NCBI GenBank assembly: GCA_900234795.1
Contig: LT962688.1
Span: 5,683,513-5,715,512, forward strand
Source of the DNA: Methylorubrum extorquens
Lineage (GTDB): Bacteria; Pseudomonadota; Alphaproteobacteria; Rhizobiales; Beijerinckiaceae
Length of the DNA: 32,000 bases
Direction: 5' to 3'
In this document: positions 9,383-18,627 of the stretch, piece by piece
Layout of the letters: each line of letters starts with the position of its first letter
Numbering within the stretch: position 1 is the first letter of the stretch
Program-made: the position numbers and the translations under genes
The notes under the pieces: generated by a model
Databases searched by the model: none
What the model saw: only the letters and a program-made list of their open reading frames with translations
Told to the model about the DNA's origin: nothing

Positions 9383-10126
9383 ATGTCCGATCCCCTAATC
9401 CTGATTCCGGCCCGCCTCGCTGCGACCCGGCTGCCGTCGAAGCCGCTCGCCGACATCGCGGGCGTGCCGATGATCGTGCATGTCTGGCGCCGTGCCGTGG
9501 AGGCGGGCATCGGTCCCGTCGTGGTCGCCACCGACACCGACGCGGTCGCCGAGGTGATCGAGGCGCAGGGCGGGCTGGCGGTGATGACCCGGCCCGACCA
9601 CCCCTCCGGCTCCGACCGTCTCGCGGAAGCGCTGGAGATCGTCGATCCCGACGGCAATCACGACGTCGTCGTCAACGTCCAGGGTGACCTGCCGACCATC
9701 GACCCGGCGATCATCGCCGCTTCGGTGATGCCGCTCGCCGACCCGCAGGTCGACATCGCCACCCTCTGCGCGGTGATCCACCGGCCCGAGGAGATGGACG
9801 ATCCCAACGTGGTCAAGATCATCGGCTACACGGTGGGACCCAACCGTCTGCGCGCGCTCGCCTTCACCCGCGCCCGTGCCCCCTGGGGCGACGGGCCGCT
9901 GTTCCACCATATCGGCCTCTATGCCTATCGTCGGAAGGCGCTCGCGCGCTTCGTCGCCTTGCCGCAAGGCGAACTGGAGCAACGCGAGAAGCTGGAGCAG
10001 CTGCGCGCGCTGGAGGCCGGCATGCGCATCGACGCGATGATCGTCGAGGACCTGCCGCTCGGCGTCGATACCCCCGCCGACCTCGAGCGCGCCCGCACGC
10101 TGCTCGCCATCCGCCGCCTGAACTGA
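9383..10126 (+). CDS. kdsB: 3-deoxy-manno-octulosonate cytidylyltransferase (CMP-Kdo synthetase)
   Basis: The ORF opens at TTG 9356, but ATG 9383 ('[34 protein letters not shown]') matches the canonical KdsB N-terminus. 'NVQGDLP' motif present. Confidence 0.9.
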   Translation: MSDPLILIPARLAATRLPSKPLADIAGVPMIVHVWRRAVEAGIGPVVVATDTDAVAEVIEAQGGLAVMTRPDHPSGSDRLAEALEIVDPDGNHDVVVNVQGDLPTIDPAIIAASVMPLADPQVDIATLCAVIHRPEEMDDPNVVKIIGYTVGPNRLRALAFTRARAPWGDGPLFHHIGLYAYRRKALARFVALPQGELEQREKLEQLRALEAGMRIDAMIVEDLPLGVDTPADLERARTLLAIRRLN

Positions 10127-10142
10127 GCCTGCCGAAGCACCG

Positions 10143-11000
10143 ATGACCGACCGCACCATTGCCTACCAGGGTGAGCCCGGGGCCAACTCGCACATCATCT
10201 GCTCGCAGGCCTATCCCGGCTGGACCGCTCTGCCCTGCGCCACCTTCGAGGACGCCTTCGCCGCGGTGAATGAGGGCAAGGCGAACCTCGCGATGATCCC
10301 GATCGAGAACTCGATCGCCGGCCGGGTCGCCGACATCCACCACCTGATCCCGACGTCGCGGCTGCACATCATCGCCGAGCACTTCCTGCCGATCCACTTC
10401 CAGCTCATGGGCCTACCGGGCGTGGGCACGGAGCAGCTGACGAGCGTGCACAGCCACATCCACGCGCTCGGCCAGTGCCGCCGGATCATCCGGCGGCTCG
10501 GCCTCAAGGCGGTGGTGGCCGGCGACACGGCCGGCGCCGCCCGCGAGGTGGCCGAGGCGCGCGACCCCAGCCGCGCCGCGCTCGCCCCGGCCATGGCGGC
10601 CGAGGTTTACGGCCTCGACATTCTGGAGCGCGACGTCGAGGACGAGGCGCACAACACTACGCGCTTCGTCGTGTTCTCGCCGGAGCCCGCCGAGTGCGAG
10701 CCGGGCAACGACTCGACGGTGACAAGCTTCATCTTCCGGGTCCGCAACATCCCGGCGGCGCTCTACAAGGCGCTCGGCGGGTTCGCGACCAACGGCGTCA
10801 ACATGTCGAAGCTCGAGAGCTACATGGTCGAGGGCCAGTTCACCGCGACCCAGTTCTACGCCGAGGTCGATGGCCACCCCGAGGATGACGGCCTGCGCCG
10901 GGCCCTCGAAGAGTTGCGCTACTTCTCGAAGGAGCTGCGCATCATCGGCACCTATCCGGCCCACCCGTTCCGCGAGACGACGCGGCAGGCGGCGGAATAG
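10143..11000 (+). CDS. pheA: Prephenate dehydratase
   Basis: 285-aa ORF. 'IAYQGEPGANSH', 'IPIENSIAGRV' and 'TRF' with a C-terminal ACT-like domain are typical of monofunctional PheA. Confidence 0.9.
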   Translation: MTDRTIAYQGEPGANSHIICSQAYPGWTALPCATFEDAFAAVNEGKANLAMIPIENSIAGRVADIHHLIPTSRLHIIAEHFLPIHFQLMGLPGVGTEQLTSVHSHIHALGQCRRIIRRLGLKAVVAGDTAGAAREVAEARDPSRAALAPAMAAEVYGLDILERDVEDEAHNTTRFVVFSPEPAECEPGNDSTVTSFIFRVRNIPAALYKALGGFATNGVNMSKLESYMVEGQFTATQFYAEVDGHPEDDGLRRALEELRYFSKELRIIGTYPAHPFRETTRQAAE

Positions 11001-11014
11001 CCAAGGCGCATACG

Positions 11015-11047
11015 AAAAAGGCCGGCACAGGGGTGCCGGCCTTTTTT
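11015..11047. terminator. Bidirectional rho-independent terminator between convergent pheA and grpE
   Basis: AAAAA (11015-11019), stem GGCCGGCAC (11020-11028), loop AGGG, stem GTGCCGGCC (11033-11041), TTTTTT (11042-11047). It can terminate transcription from either strand. Confidence 0.85.
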
Positions 11048-11067
11048 CTTCGACGGAAGGAAAAGCG

Positions 11068-11676
11068 TTAGGCCGCGTCGGCGGACTTGTCCTTGTTGGC
11101 CTCGGGCTTCGGGCCGCCCTTGGAGACGCCGACGAGAGCCGGGCGCAGGGTCCGGTCGCCGATGACGTAGCCGGTCTGCACCACCTGGACGACGGTGCCG
11201 TTGGGAACCTCGGTGTTGGGCACCTCGAACATCGCCTGGTGGCGGTTCGGGTCGAAGCGCTGGCCCTTGGGATCGACCACCTTCACGCCGTGGCGCTCGA
11301 GCGTCTTGGAGAGATCCCGCTCCGTCAGGTCGATGCCCTCGATCAGACCCTTGAAGGGGCCCTCGGCACCCGCGCGGGCCTCCTCCGGTACGCTATCAAG
11401 CGCGCGGCGGATGTTGTCGGCGGTGTTGAGCATGTCGCGGGCGAAGTTCGTCACCGCGTAAGTGCGGGCATCCGCAACCTCACGCTCGGTGCGGCGGCGC
11501 AGGTTCTCCATCTCGGCCAGCGTGCGCAGCAGGCGATCCTTGAACTCGTCGCGCTCGGCGATCGCGGCCGCGAGCCCTTCCGCATCCGCGCCCGTTTGCG
11601 AGGCACCGGATTGCGGCGGAACCTCCGCCTCCGCGCCATCGTGCCGCTCGTGCTTCTCCATGTCGTCAGCCATCAT
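11068..11676 (-). CDS. grpE: Nucleotide exchange factor GrpE
   Basis: 202-aa ORF. An acidic N-terminus is followed by '[19 protein letters not shown]', '[16 protein letters not shown]' and '[16 protein letters not shown]', all typical of GrpE. Confidence 0.9.
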   Translation of the reverse strand: MMADDMEKHERHDGAEAEVPPQSGASQTGADAEGLAAAIAERDEFKDRLLRTLAEMENLRRRTEREVADARTYAVTNFARDMLNTADNIRRALDSVPEEARAGAEGPFKGLIEGIDLTERDLSKTLERHGVKVVDPKGQRFDPNRHQAMFEVPNTEVPNGTVVQVVQTGYVIGDRTLRPALVGVSKGGPKPEANKDKSADAA

Positions 11677-11767
11677 CGTGCGATCGATCAGGTCTCGAAG
11701 GGTTCCGGGATGGGGCTGATATCATTCGGGCAAACCCCGAAATCAAGCGCACCGCGCGACGGACGGG

Positions 11768-14590
11768 TCAGAGTTCCCGCGGCGGCGGCGAATCGACGAG
11801 GGCGTCGAGCCCCTCTGCGCGGAGCGCAGCGACGTCGCTGGCGAACACCTCCATCACCGCGGCGCGGATCATCGCGAGGCGGTCGGGCTGCACCACGCGG
11901 GTGCCGGTGAGGTCGGTCACGTAGAACACGTCCACCGCCCGCTCGCCGAAAGTCGCCACATGCGCCGAGGTGATGTTGAGGCTCAGACGGTTGAGCCCCG
12001 TCGTCAGCTCGTAGAGCAGGCCCGGTCGATCGAGGCCGGTGATCTCCACCACGGTCTCGCGGCTCGACAGGGCGTTGTCGATCGACACGTCCGGCGGCAC
12101 GAGGAAGGTCTTGGGCGGCTGCTTCGGGTGCTTGTCGGCGACGAGTTCGGCGATCTTGATCTCGCCCTTCAGCGCCCGCTCGATCGCCGTGGCGATGCGG
12201 CCGGCCCGGCGCAGCTCGTCCTCGTCCCGCTCGAAGGCGCGGGAGATGAAGATCGAATCGAGGGCGAAGCCGTCGGTGGTCGTGAAGATCTGCGCATCGA
12301 CGATGTTGCCGCCCATGGTCGCGCAGGCGCCGGTGATGATGGCGAGCAGCCGCGGATGATCGGGGGAATAGACCGTCAGCTCGGTCACGCCACGGACCGG
12401 ATCGGTTTCGTAGGTCGTGGCGCTGGTACGGCCCTCTTCCATTACCGTGCGCAGGAAGCGGGCGTTCTTGAAGTGGCGCGTCGAGTCCACTTTGAGCCAG
12501 TAGGCTTGGTTGTGGCGCGCGGCGTAGCCGTCGAACAACTCGGAGTTCCAGTCGGAGAGCTGCTCGCGCAGGGCCATCTGGATCAGCCGCACCCGGTCGG
12601 TGCGGGCGATCTCCGAATGGCCGCCGGACAGGACGACTTCGGTCTCGTCGTAGAGGGTGCGCAGCAGCGTGCCCTTCCAGGCCGTCCACACGCCGGGACC
12701 GACCGCCTTGATGTCGGCGACGGTGAGGATCGCGAGCAGCTTCAGCCGCTCCAGGCTCTGCACCTCGCTCGCGAACTTCTCGATCGTCCTGCGGTCGGAG
12801 AGATCGCGGCTCTGCGCCGTCATCGACATCAGCAGGTGGTGCTCGACCAGCCACGAGACCGTCTCGGTCTCCGCCTGGCTCAATCCGAAGCGCGGCCCGA
12901 GCTTGCGGGCGATGGCCGCACCCGCGATCGAATGGTCCTCCGGACGGCCCTTGGCGATGTCGTGGAGCAGGATCGCGACATAGAGGGCGCGGCGGTTGTG
13001 GATCGTATCGATGAGCCGCGTGGCGAGCGGATGTTCGTCGCGCACCCGGCCCGAATCGATCGCGGCGAGCACGCCGAGCGAGCGCAGCAGATGCTCGTCC
13101 ACCGTGTAGTGGTGGTACATGTTGAACTGCATCATCGCGACGATGCGGCCGAATTCCGGGATGAACCGGCCGAGCACGCCCGCCTCGTTCATCGATCGCA
13201 GGATCGTTTCGGGTGCGTTCTTCGAGGTCAGGATGTCGAGGAAGAGCCGGTTGGCCTCCGGATCGATGCGCACCGCGTGGGTGATGAGCTTGAGCGAGCG
13301 GTTGGCCAGCCGCGCCGCGTCCGGATGGATCGGGAGGTTGTGCCGGTCGGCGAGCCAGAACAGACGGATCAGGTTGACCGGATCGCGCTCGAACGCGTCC
13401 TCGCCGCGGATGTTGACCCGGCCGTTGTCGATCCAGAAATCCTCCGCCTCGATCGAGGTCGCGCGGAAGCGGTCGCGGAAGCGGCCGATCCAGCGATCGA
13501 GCACCGGCGTGCGCTTGGCGTGGCGTGCCTCCAACTCGGCGCAGACGATGGCGGTGAGGTCGCCGACATCCTTGGCGATGAGGAAATACGCTTTCATGAA
13601 GCGCTCGACGCCCGAGAGGCCGCCGCGGGAGCCGAAGCCGAGCCGCTCGGCGATCTTGGGTTGCAGCCCGAACGACAGGCGCTCCTCCGGCCGCCCGGTC
13701 ACGAAATGGATGTGGCAGCGCACCCGCCACAGGAACTCCTCGCAGCGCTCGAACAGGCGGTACTCGTCCGGCGTGAACAGCCCGGCATGGACCAGCTCGG
13801 CCTGATTGCGCACGCGGTAAGTGTATTTCGCGATCCAGAACAGGGTGTTGAGATCGCGCAAGCCGCCCTTGCCGTCCTTGACGTTGGGCTCGACGAGGTA
13901 GCGCGAGGCGCCCGCCTTGGCAACGCGGGCATCACGCTCGCGCAGCTTGGCGTCCACGAACTCCGAGGCCGACCCGATCACCAGTTCGGTATCGAAGCGG
14001 GTGACCATCTCCTCGAACAGCGAGCGCGAGCCGAACAGGAAGCGGGATTCCAGCAAAGCAGTGCGGATCGTCATGTCCGCGCGGCCCTCGCGCAGGCACT
14101 CCTCCACGGACCGCGTGGCGTGGCCGACCTTCAGCTTGAGGTCCCACAGCACGTAGAGCATCGCCTCGACGACGCTCTCGGACCATGCCGTCTGCTTGTA
14201 GGGCAGCAGGAACAGCAGATCGATGTCCGAACCCGGCGCCATCGTACCCCGGCCGTAGCCGCCGGTCGCGACGATCGCGAGGTGCTCGCCGGTGGATGGG
14301 TTGTCGTTGGGATAGAGGCGCCAGACGACGGCGTCGTAGATCGCCCGCACCACCGCATCGGTGAGGCGGCTCAGACGCTGCGCGCAGGCAAGGCCGTCGC
14401 GTTCCTTGAGGAGAAGCCGCTCGGCCTCCGCGTGGCCGGTCTCGATCACCTTGCGCAACTCGGGCACAAGGAGCCCCCGCAGCTTGGTCGGCTCGCGGGC
14501 GTCGCGGTCGAGGGAGGCGACGATCTTTTCCAGGACGGGAACGGGGTCGAACATGGCCGTCCCGTTAGCATGTAAAGCCGGCGGCGGCAT
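11768..14590 (-). CDS. glnD: Bifunctional [protein-PII] uridylyltransferase / uridylyl-removing enzyme
   Basis: 940-aa ORF. Nucleotidyltransferase motif 'VATGGYGRGTMAPGSDIDLLFL', HD domain 'LLHDIAKG', and two C-terminal ACT domains. An alternative start at ATG 14554 ('MFDPVPVL') is possible. Confidence 0.95.
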   Translation of the reverse strand: MPPPALHANGTAMFDPVPVLEKIVASLDRDAREPTKLRGLLVPELRKVIETGHAEAERLLLKERDGLACAQRLSRLTDAVVRAIYDAVVWRLYPNDNPSTGEHLAIVATGGYGRGTMAPGSDIDLLFLLPYKQTAWSESVVEAMLYVLWDLKLKVGHATRSVEECLREGRADMTIRTALLESRFLFGSRSLFEEMVTRFDTELVIGSASEFVDAKLRERDARVAKAGASRYLVEPNVKDGKGGLRDLNTLFWIAKYTYRVRNQAELVHAGLFTPDEYRLFERCEEFLWRVRCHIHFVTGRPEERLSFGLQPKIAERLGFGSRGGLSGVERFMKAYFLIAKDVGDLTAIVCAELEARHAKRTPVLDRWIGRFRDRFRATSIEAEDFWIDNGRVNIRGEDAFERDPVNLIRLFWLADRHNLPIHPDAARLANRSLKLITHAVRIDPEANRLFLDILTSKNAPETILRSMNEAGVLGRFIPEFGRIVAMMQFNMYHHYTVDEHLLRSLGVLAAIDSGRVRDEHPLATRLIDTIHNRRALYVAILLHDIAKGRPEDHSIAGAAIARKLGPRFGLSQAETETVSWLVEHHLLMSMTAQSRDLSDRRTIEKFASEVQSLERLKLLAILTVADIKAVGPGVWTAWKGTLLRTLYDETEVVLSGGHSEIARTDRVRLIQMALREQLSDWNSELFDGYAARHNQAYWLKVDSTRHFKNARFLRTVMEEGRTSATTYETDPVRGVTELTVYSPDHPRLLAIITGACATMGGNIVDAQIFTTTDGFALDSIFISRAFERDEDELRRAGRIATAIERALKGEIKIAELVADKHPKQPPKTFLVPPDVSIDNALSSRETVVEITGLDRPGLLYELTTGLNRLSLNITSAHVATFGERAVDVFYVTDLTGTRVVQPDRLAMIRAAVMEVFASDVAALRAEGLDALVDSPPPREL

Positions 14591-14632
14591 CGGCCGGTTG
14601 CAGGCAACTCAACCGTTCTGTTTCGCGGATTT

Positions 14633-14650
14633 TTCGTTTGACGAAACGAA
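14633..14650. promoter_or_regulatory. Perfect 7-4-7 inverted repeat in the glnD / ssuA-like divergent promoter region
   Basis: TTCGTTT (14633-14639), spacer gacg, AAACGAA (14644-14650). It sits in the most AT-rich stretch of the 120-bp divergent intergenic region. Candidate operator; the binding protein is unknown. Confidence 0.35.
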
Positions 14651-14713
14651 CGTGACTGTTCTAGCCATCAGGTGGATCCGGCAACAAGCCGGGCCGACAT
14701 GGGAGACAGCCGC

Positions 14714-15688
14714 ATGATTCGACGCCGCACCGTCCTCTCCGCCTTCGTCGGATTGTTCGGCCTCCTCGCGACGGGTTCGAACCTGCGGGCTGCCGACGTC
14801 TCCGAGATCCGGCTCGACTGGGCGACCTACAATCCGGTCAGCCTGGTTCTGAAGGAAAAGGGCTTTCTGGAAGAGGCGCTGAAGGCCCGTGGCATCAAGG
14901 TGCGCTGGGTCCAGTCGCTAGGGTCCAACAAGGCGCTCGAATTCCTGAACGGCGGTGCCATCGATTTCGGCTCCTCGGCCGGGGCGGCCGCACTCCTGGC
15001 GCGCATCAACGGCAACCCAATCAAGGTCGTCTACGCCTATTCCCGGCCGGAATGGACCGCGCTCGTCACCCGCAAGGAAACCGGGATTGCAGGGCCCGCC
15101 GACCTCAAGGGCAAGCGCATCGCCGTCACCCGCGGCACCGATCCCCACATCTTCCTGATCCGCGCGCTCCAGGGCGCCGGGCTCACCGAGAAGGACGCCA
15201 AGCTCGTCCTGCTCCAGCACGCCGACGGCCGCACGGCGCTCGACCGCGGCGACGTCGATGCCTGGGCTGGGCTCGATCCGATGATGGCCGCCGCCGAGAT
15301 CGAGAGCGGCGACGTGCTGTTCCACCGCGACGCCGCCGCCAACACCTGGGGCGTGCTCGACGTGCGCGAGGATTTCGCCAAAGCGCATCCCGATCTCGTG
15401 AAGGTGGTCATTGCCGCCTACGAACAGGCCCGCGCCTACGCGCTCGCCAACCCGGACGCCCTGAAGAGCGCGCTCGTCTCGGCCACCAAGCTGCCCGAGG
15501 CGGTCATCGCCAAGCAGATCGAGCGCACGGACCTGAGCCAGCCCGCCGTCGGTTCGGCCCAGGCCGAGAGCATCCGCGCCGCCGGCCTTGCCCTGCAGCA
15601 GGCGGGCGTGATCCCCGCGTCCACCGACGTAGCGGCGGCGGTGGACGGTCTGATCGATCCGCAGTTCAACCCGGCCCCGACCCGCTGA
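14714..15688 (+). CDS. NitT/TauT-family (aliphatic sulfonate-type) ABC transporter substrate-binding protein
   Basis: I place the start at ATG 14714 ('MIRRRTVLSAFVGLFGLLATGSNLRAA', signal peptide), with GGGAGA 7 nt upstream. The body resembles SsuA/TauA-type binding proteins ('YNPVSLVLKEKGF', 'LKGKRIAVTRGTD'). Confidence 0.8.
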   Translation: MIRRRTVLSAFVGLFGLLATGSNLRAADVSEIRLDWATYNPVSLVLKEKGFLEEALKARGIKVRWVQSLGSNKALEFLNGGAIDFGSSAGAAALLARINGNPIKVVYAYSRPEWTALVTRKETGIAGPADLKGKRIAVTRGTDPHIFLIRALQGAGLTEKDAKLVLLQHADGRTALDRGDVDAWAGLDPMMAAAEIESGDVLFHRDAAANTWGVLDVREDFAKAHPDLVKVVIAAYEQARAYALANPDALKSALVSATKLPEAVIAKQIERTDLSQPAVGSAQAESIRAAGLALQQAGVIPASTDVAAAVDGLIDPQFNPAPTR

Positions 15689-15696
15689 GCCTGCCG

Positions 15697-16329
15697 ATGC
15701 CGGACGCCGCGCACCTCGCCACCTTTGCCCTGATCTGCCTCGGGATGGTGCTGACGCCCGGCCCGAACATGGCCTACCTCGTCTCGCGCACCGTCGTGCA
15801 GGGACGAGCGGCCGGGTTGGTGTCGCTGACGGGTGTCGCGGCGGGCTTCGTCGTCTACTTACTCTGCGCGGCCTTCGGCATCACCGCCCTCCTCGTGGCG
15901 GTGCCCTTCGCCTACGATGCCCTGCGCTTGGCCGGTGCGGCCTATCTCTTCTTCCTCGCGTGGCAGGCCGTTCGGCCTGGCGGACGCTCGCCCTTCGACA
16001 CCCGCCCGCTACCGCCCGACGGGGCGGGGCGGCTCGTCGCCACGGGCTTCCTGACGAGCGTGCTGAACCCCAAGATCGCGGTGATGTACCTGTCGTTGCT
16101 GCCGCAATTCATCGATCCGGCGGCGGGCGGGGTGCTGACGCAATCCCTTGCGCTCGGCCTCCTCCAGATCGCGGTGAGTCTCACGGTGAACGCGGTGATC
16201 GTTCTGTCCGCCGGGTCCGTCGCTGCGTTCCTGAAGGGGCGGCCCCTCTGGCTCCTTGCGCAACGCTGGTTCATGGGGACGGTGCTGGCGGGGCTCGCGC
16301 TGCGCGCGGCGACCGATGCGCGGCGCTGA
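15697..16329 (+). CDS. LysE/RhtB-family amino-acid exporter
   Basis: ATG 15697 lies within the longer track ORF 15052-16329. The 210-aa product 'FALICLGMVLTPGPNMAYLVSR...LNPKIAVMYLSLLPQF' carries the LysE-family signature and 5-6 transmembrane helices. Confidence 0.85.
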   Translation: MPDAAHLATFALICLGMVLTPGPNMAYLVSRTVVQGRAAGLVSLTGVAAGFVVYLLCAAFGITALLVAVPFAYDALRLAGAAYLFFLAWQAVRPGGRSPFDTRPLPPDGAGRLVATGFLTSVLNPKIAVMYLSLLPQFIDPAAGGVLTQSLALGLLQIAVSLTVNAVIVLSAGSVAAFLKGRPLWLLAQRWFMGTVLAGLALRAATDARR

Positions 16330-16389
16330 ACGGCCGACCCGGACGAGTATTTTCGAGAACACGATGCAGATCCGGCGCGGCACCCTGGC

Positions 16390-17229
16390 ATGAGCGTCAC
16401 CACCGTTCTCTCCGACGACACGGAGCCGAAAGCGGTTCCCGCGCGTCGCTCCGCTCTTCTGGGGGGCCGGGCGCGCCTGGCGCTCGGTCTGCTGCTGCCG
16501 CTCGTCCTGGCGCTCGGCTGGGAGGCGGCCGTCGCGGCCGGGCTCGCCTCCGGGCGCCTGCTCCCGCCGCCGAGCCGGATCGCGGCCGCGCTCTGGACGC
16601 TCGCGGCCTCGGGCGAACTTTGGACCCATGTCGAGGCGACCCTGATCCGCGTCGGCCTCGGCTTCGCCTTTGGGGCCGGCGCCGGCATCCTCGCGGGCGC
16701 GCTCACCGCGACGCTGCCGACCCTGCGCTGGCTGGTCGATCCGAGCCTTCAGGCCCTGCGCGCCGTCCCCTCGCTCGCCTGGGTGCCGCTGTTCATCCTG
16801 TGGTTCGGCATTCTCGAGACGCCGAAGGTCGCCCTGATCGCGGTCGGGGTGTTCTTTCCCGTCTATATCGGCGTGGCCGGCGCCATCGCCTCGGTCGATC
16901 GCAAGCTGGTGGAGGTCGGCCGCATCTTCCGCCTCTCGAAGGTCGCGCTCGCCCGGCGCATCCTCCTGCCGGCCGTGCTGCCGGCCACCCTGACGGCGCT
17001 CCGCACCGGGCTCGGCCTCGGCTTCCTGTTCGTGGTCGCTGCCGAACTGATGGGGGCCTCCGAGGGGCTCGGCTACCTGCTTCTCGACGGTCAGCAATTC
17101 AGCAAGCCCGACCAGATCCTGGCCGCGATCATCAGCTTCGCCGTGGTCGGCAAGGCCGCCGATGCCGGGCTCGTCGCCCTGACCAGTCCACTGGTGCGCT
17201 GGCAGGACACGGCGCGCGAGACGCTGTGA
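16390..17229 (+). CDS. NitT/TauT-family ABC transporter permease (SsuC-like)
   Basis: 279-aa ORF, polytopic. EAA-like loop 'VGRIFRLSKVALARRILLPAVLP' is typical of binding-protein-dependent permeases. Confidence 0.85.
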   Translation: MSVTTVLSDDTEPKAVPARRSALLGGRARLALGLLLPLVLALGWEAAVAAGLASGRLLPPPSRIAAALWTLAASGELWTHVEATLIRVGLGFAFGAGAGILAGALTATLPTLRWLVDPSLQALRAVPSLAWVPLFILWFGILETPKVALIAVGVFFPVYIGVAGAIASVDRKLVEVGRIFRLSKVALARRILLPAVLPATLTALRTGLGLGFLFVVAAELMGASEGLGYLLLDGQQFSKPDQILAAIISFAVVGKAADAGLVALTSPLVRWQDTARETL

Positions 17230-17236
17230 GGCCGCC

Positions 17237-18016
17237 ATGCTGAGCATCCAGAGCCTGTCCAAGACCTATGCCGACGGCACCCGCGCGCTGGAGGGCATCA
17301 ACCTCGACGTCCCGAACGCCGAGATCGTCGCTCTGATCGGCGGCTCGGGCTGCGGGAAGACCACGCTGCTGCGCCTCATCGCCGGGCTCGACCGGCCGAG
17401 CACGGGCGACATCGCCCTCGACGGTGAACCGATCACCGGGCCCCATCCCGGCGTCGGCCTCGTATTCCAGGAGCCGCGCCTGCTGCCCTGGCTGTCGGTC
17501 GCCGAGAATGTCGGCTTCGGCATCGATCACCTGCCGAGGCGCGAGCGGCGGGAGCGCGTCGCTCACGCCCTGGAGCGCGTCGGCCTCGCCGAACAGGCCG
17601 GGCGCTGGCCCCGCGAATTGTCGGGTGGGCAGCAGCAGCGCGTCTCGATCGCCCGGGCGTTCGTGGCCAACCCGCGGGTGCTGCTTCTCGACGAGCCGTT
17701 CTCGGCGCTCGATGCCTTCACCCGCAAGGATCTTCACCGCCATCTCCTCGCCCTCTGGGAGGAGGTGCGGCCGACGGTGCTGATCGTCACCCACGACGTC
17801 GCCGAGGCGGTGGCGCTCGCCGACCGCGCCATCGTCATGCGCCCGCGTCCCGGCCGCCTCGACGACACGGTGGCCCTGCCGATGCGCCGGCCGCGCGACC
17901 CGGCGGCGCCGACGAGCGAGGCGGCGACCCGCAACATCCTTGCCGCCCTCGACCATTCGCTGCGCCCGCGCGACGCCTCCCGTGCACCGGAACTCGCCGG
18001 CGGCAGCTCGTTCTGA
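17237..18016 (+). CDS. NitT/TauT-family ABC transporter ATP-binding protein (SsuB-like)
   Basis: 259-aa ORF. Walker A 'GGSGCGKTT', signature 'LSGGQQQR', Walker B 'LLLDEPFSALD', H-loop 'VTHD'. Confidence 0.9.
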   Translation: MLSIQSLSKTYADGTRALEGINLDVPNAEIVALIGGSGCGKTTLLRLIAGLDRPSTGDIALDGEPITGPHPGVGLVFQEPRLLPWLSVAENVGFGIDHLPRRERRERVAHALERVGLAEQAGRWPRELSGGQQQRVSIARAFVANPRVLLLDEPFSALDAFTRKDLHRHLLALWEEVRPTVLIVTHDVAEAVALADRAIVMRPRPGRLDDTVALPMRRPRDPAAPTSEAATRNILAALDHSLRPRDASRAPELAGGSSF

Positions 18017-18091
18017 GGTGTCGCGGGCGCGCGAAAGCCGCTAAATCCTCGACACCAAAAAACGCGCCACCAAGAAAACAGGAGGAAATCC

Positions 18092-18601
18092 ATGGACGCC
18101 GACGCCCTGCGCGCTCTCCAGGCCCCGCTCAAGAACAAGTACCGTGAGACGCCGGATTCCGCCGTCATCACCCTCAAGGCGAAGGGCTCGCTGGACGACA
18201 CCAGCATCGCCTGCAAGGTCGAGACCGGCCGCGCGCTGGCCGTGGCCGGCCTGCACCCCGCCACCGGCGGCTCGGGCGCCGAACTCTGCTCCGGCGACAT
18301 GCTGCTCGAAGCGCTCGTTGCCTGCGCCGGCGTGACGGTGAAGGCGGTGGCGACCGCGCTCGAAATCCCGCTCAAGGCCGGTACGGTCAGCGCCGAGGGC
18401 GACCTCGACTTCCGCGGCACGCTCGGCGTCGACAAGGAGGCGCCGGTGGGCTTCCGCTCGATCCGCCTGCAGTTCGACCTCGACACGGACGCACCCCAGG
18501 AGAAGCTCGACCAGCTCCTGAAGCTGACCGAGCGCTACTGCGTCGTATTCCAGACCCTCAACCACAAGCCGGAATTGTCGGTGAACGCCTCGCGCTCCTG
18601 A
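18092..18601 (+). CDS. OsmC-family peroxiredoxin-like protein
   Basis: 169-aa ORF with AGGAGG 8 nt upstream of the ATG. Two conserved Cys contexts ('ELCSGDMLLEALVAC' and 'RYCVV') are typical of OsmC/Ohr-fold proteins. Confidence 0.8.
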   Translation: MDADALRALQAPLKNKYRETPDSAVITLKAKGSLDDTSIACKVETGRALAVAGLHPATGGSGAELCSGDMLLEALVACAGVTVKAVATALEIPLKAGTVSAEGDLDFRGTLGVDKEAPVGFRSIRLQFDLDTDAPQEKLDQLLKLTERYCVVFQTLNHKPELSVNASRS

Positions 18602-18627
18602 GCGGCGAAGCGTATCTGACAGGCGTC

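Noticed and set aside
11677-11767. Search for a CIRCE element or sigma32-type heat-shock promoter upstream of grpE.
   Set aside because: No TTAGCACTC-N9-GAGTGCTAA match. The only promoter-like pair (CTTGAT at 11742-11747 and GATATC at 11718-11723 on the minus strand) has poor spacing and -10 quality. A TTCGGG/CCCGAA hairpin is present, but its function is unclear.
18017-18056. 7-bp inverted repeat GGTGTCG...CGACACC after the ABC ATPase gene.
   Set aside because: It has a 26-nt loop and is followed by an A-tract rather than a T-tract on the plus strand, so it is not a canonical intrinsic terminator. Too weak to annotate.
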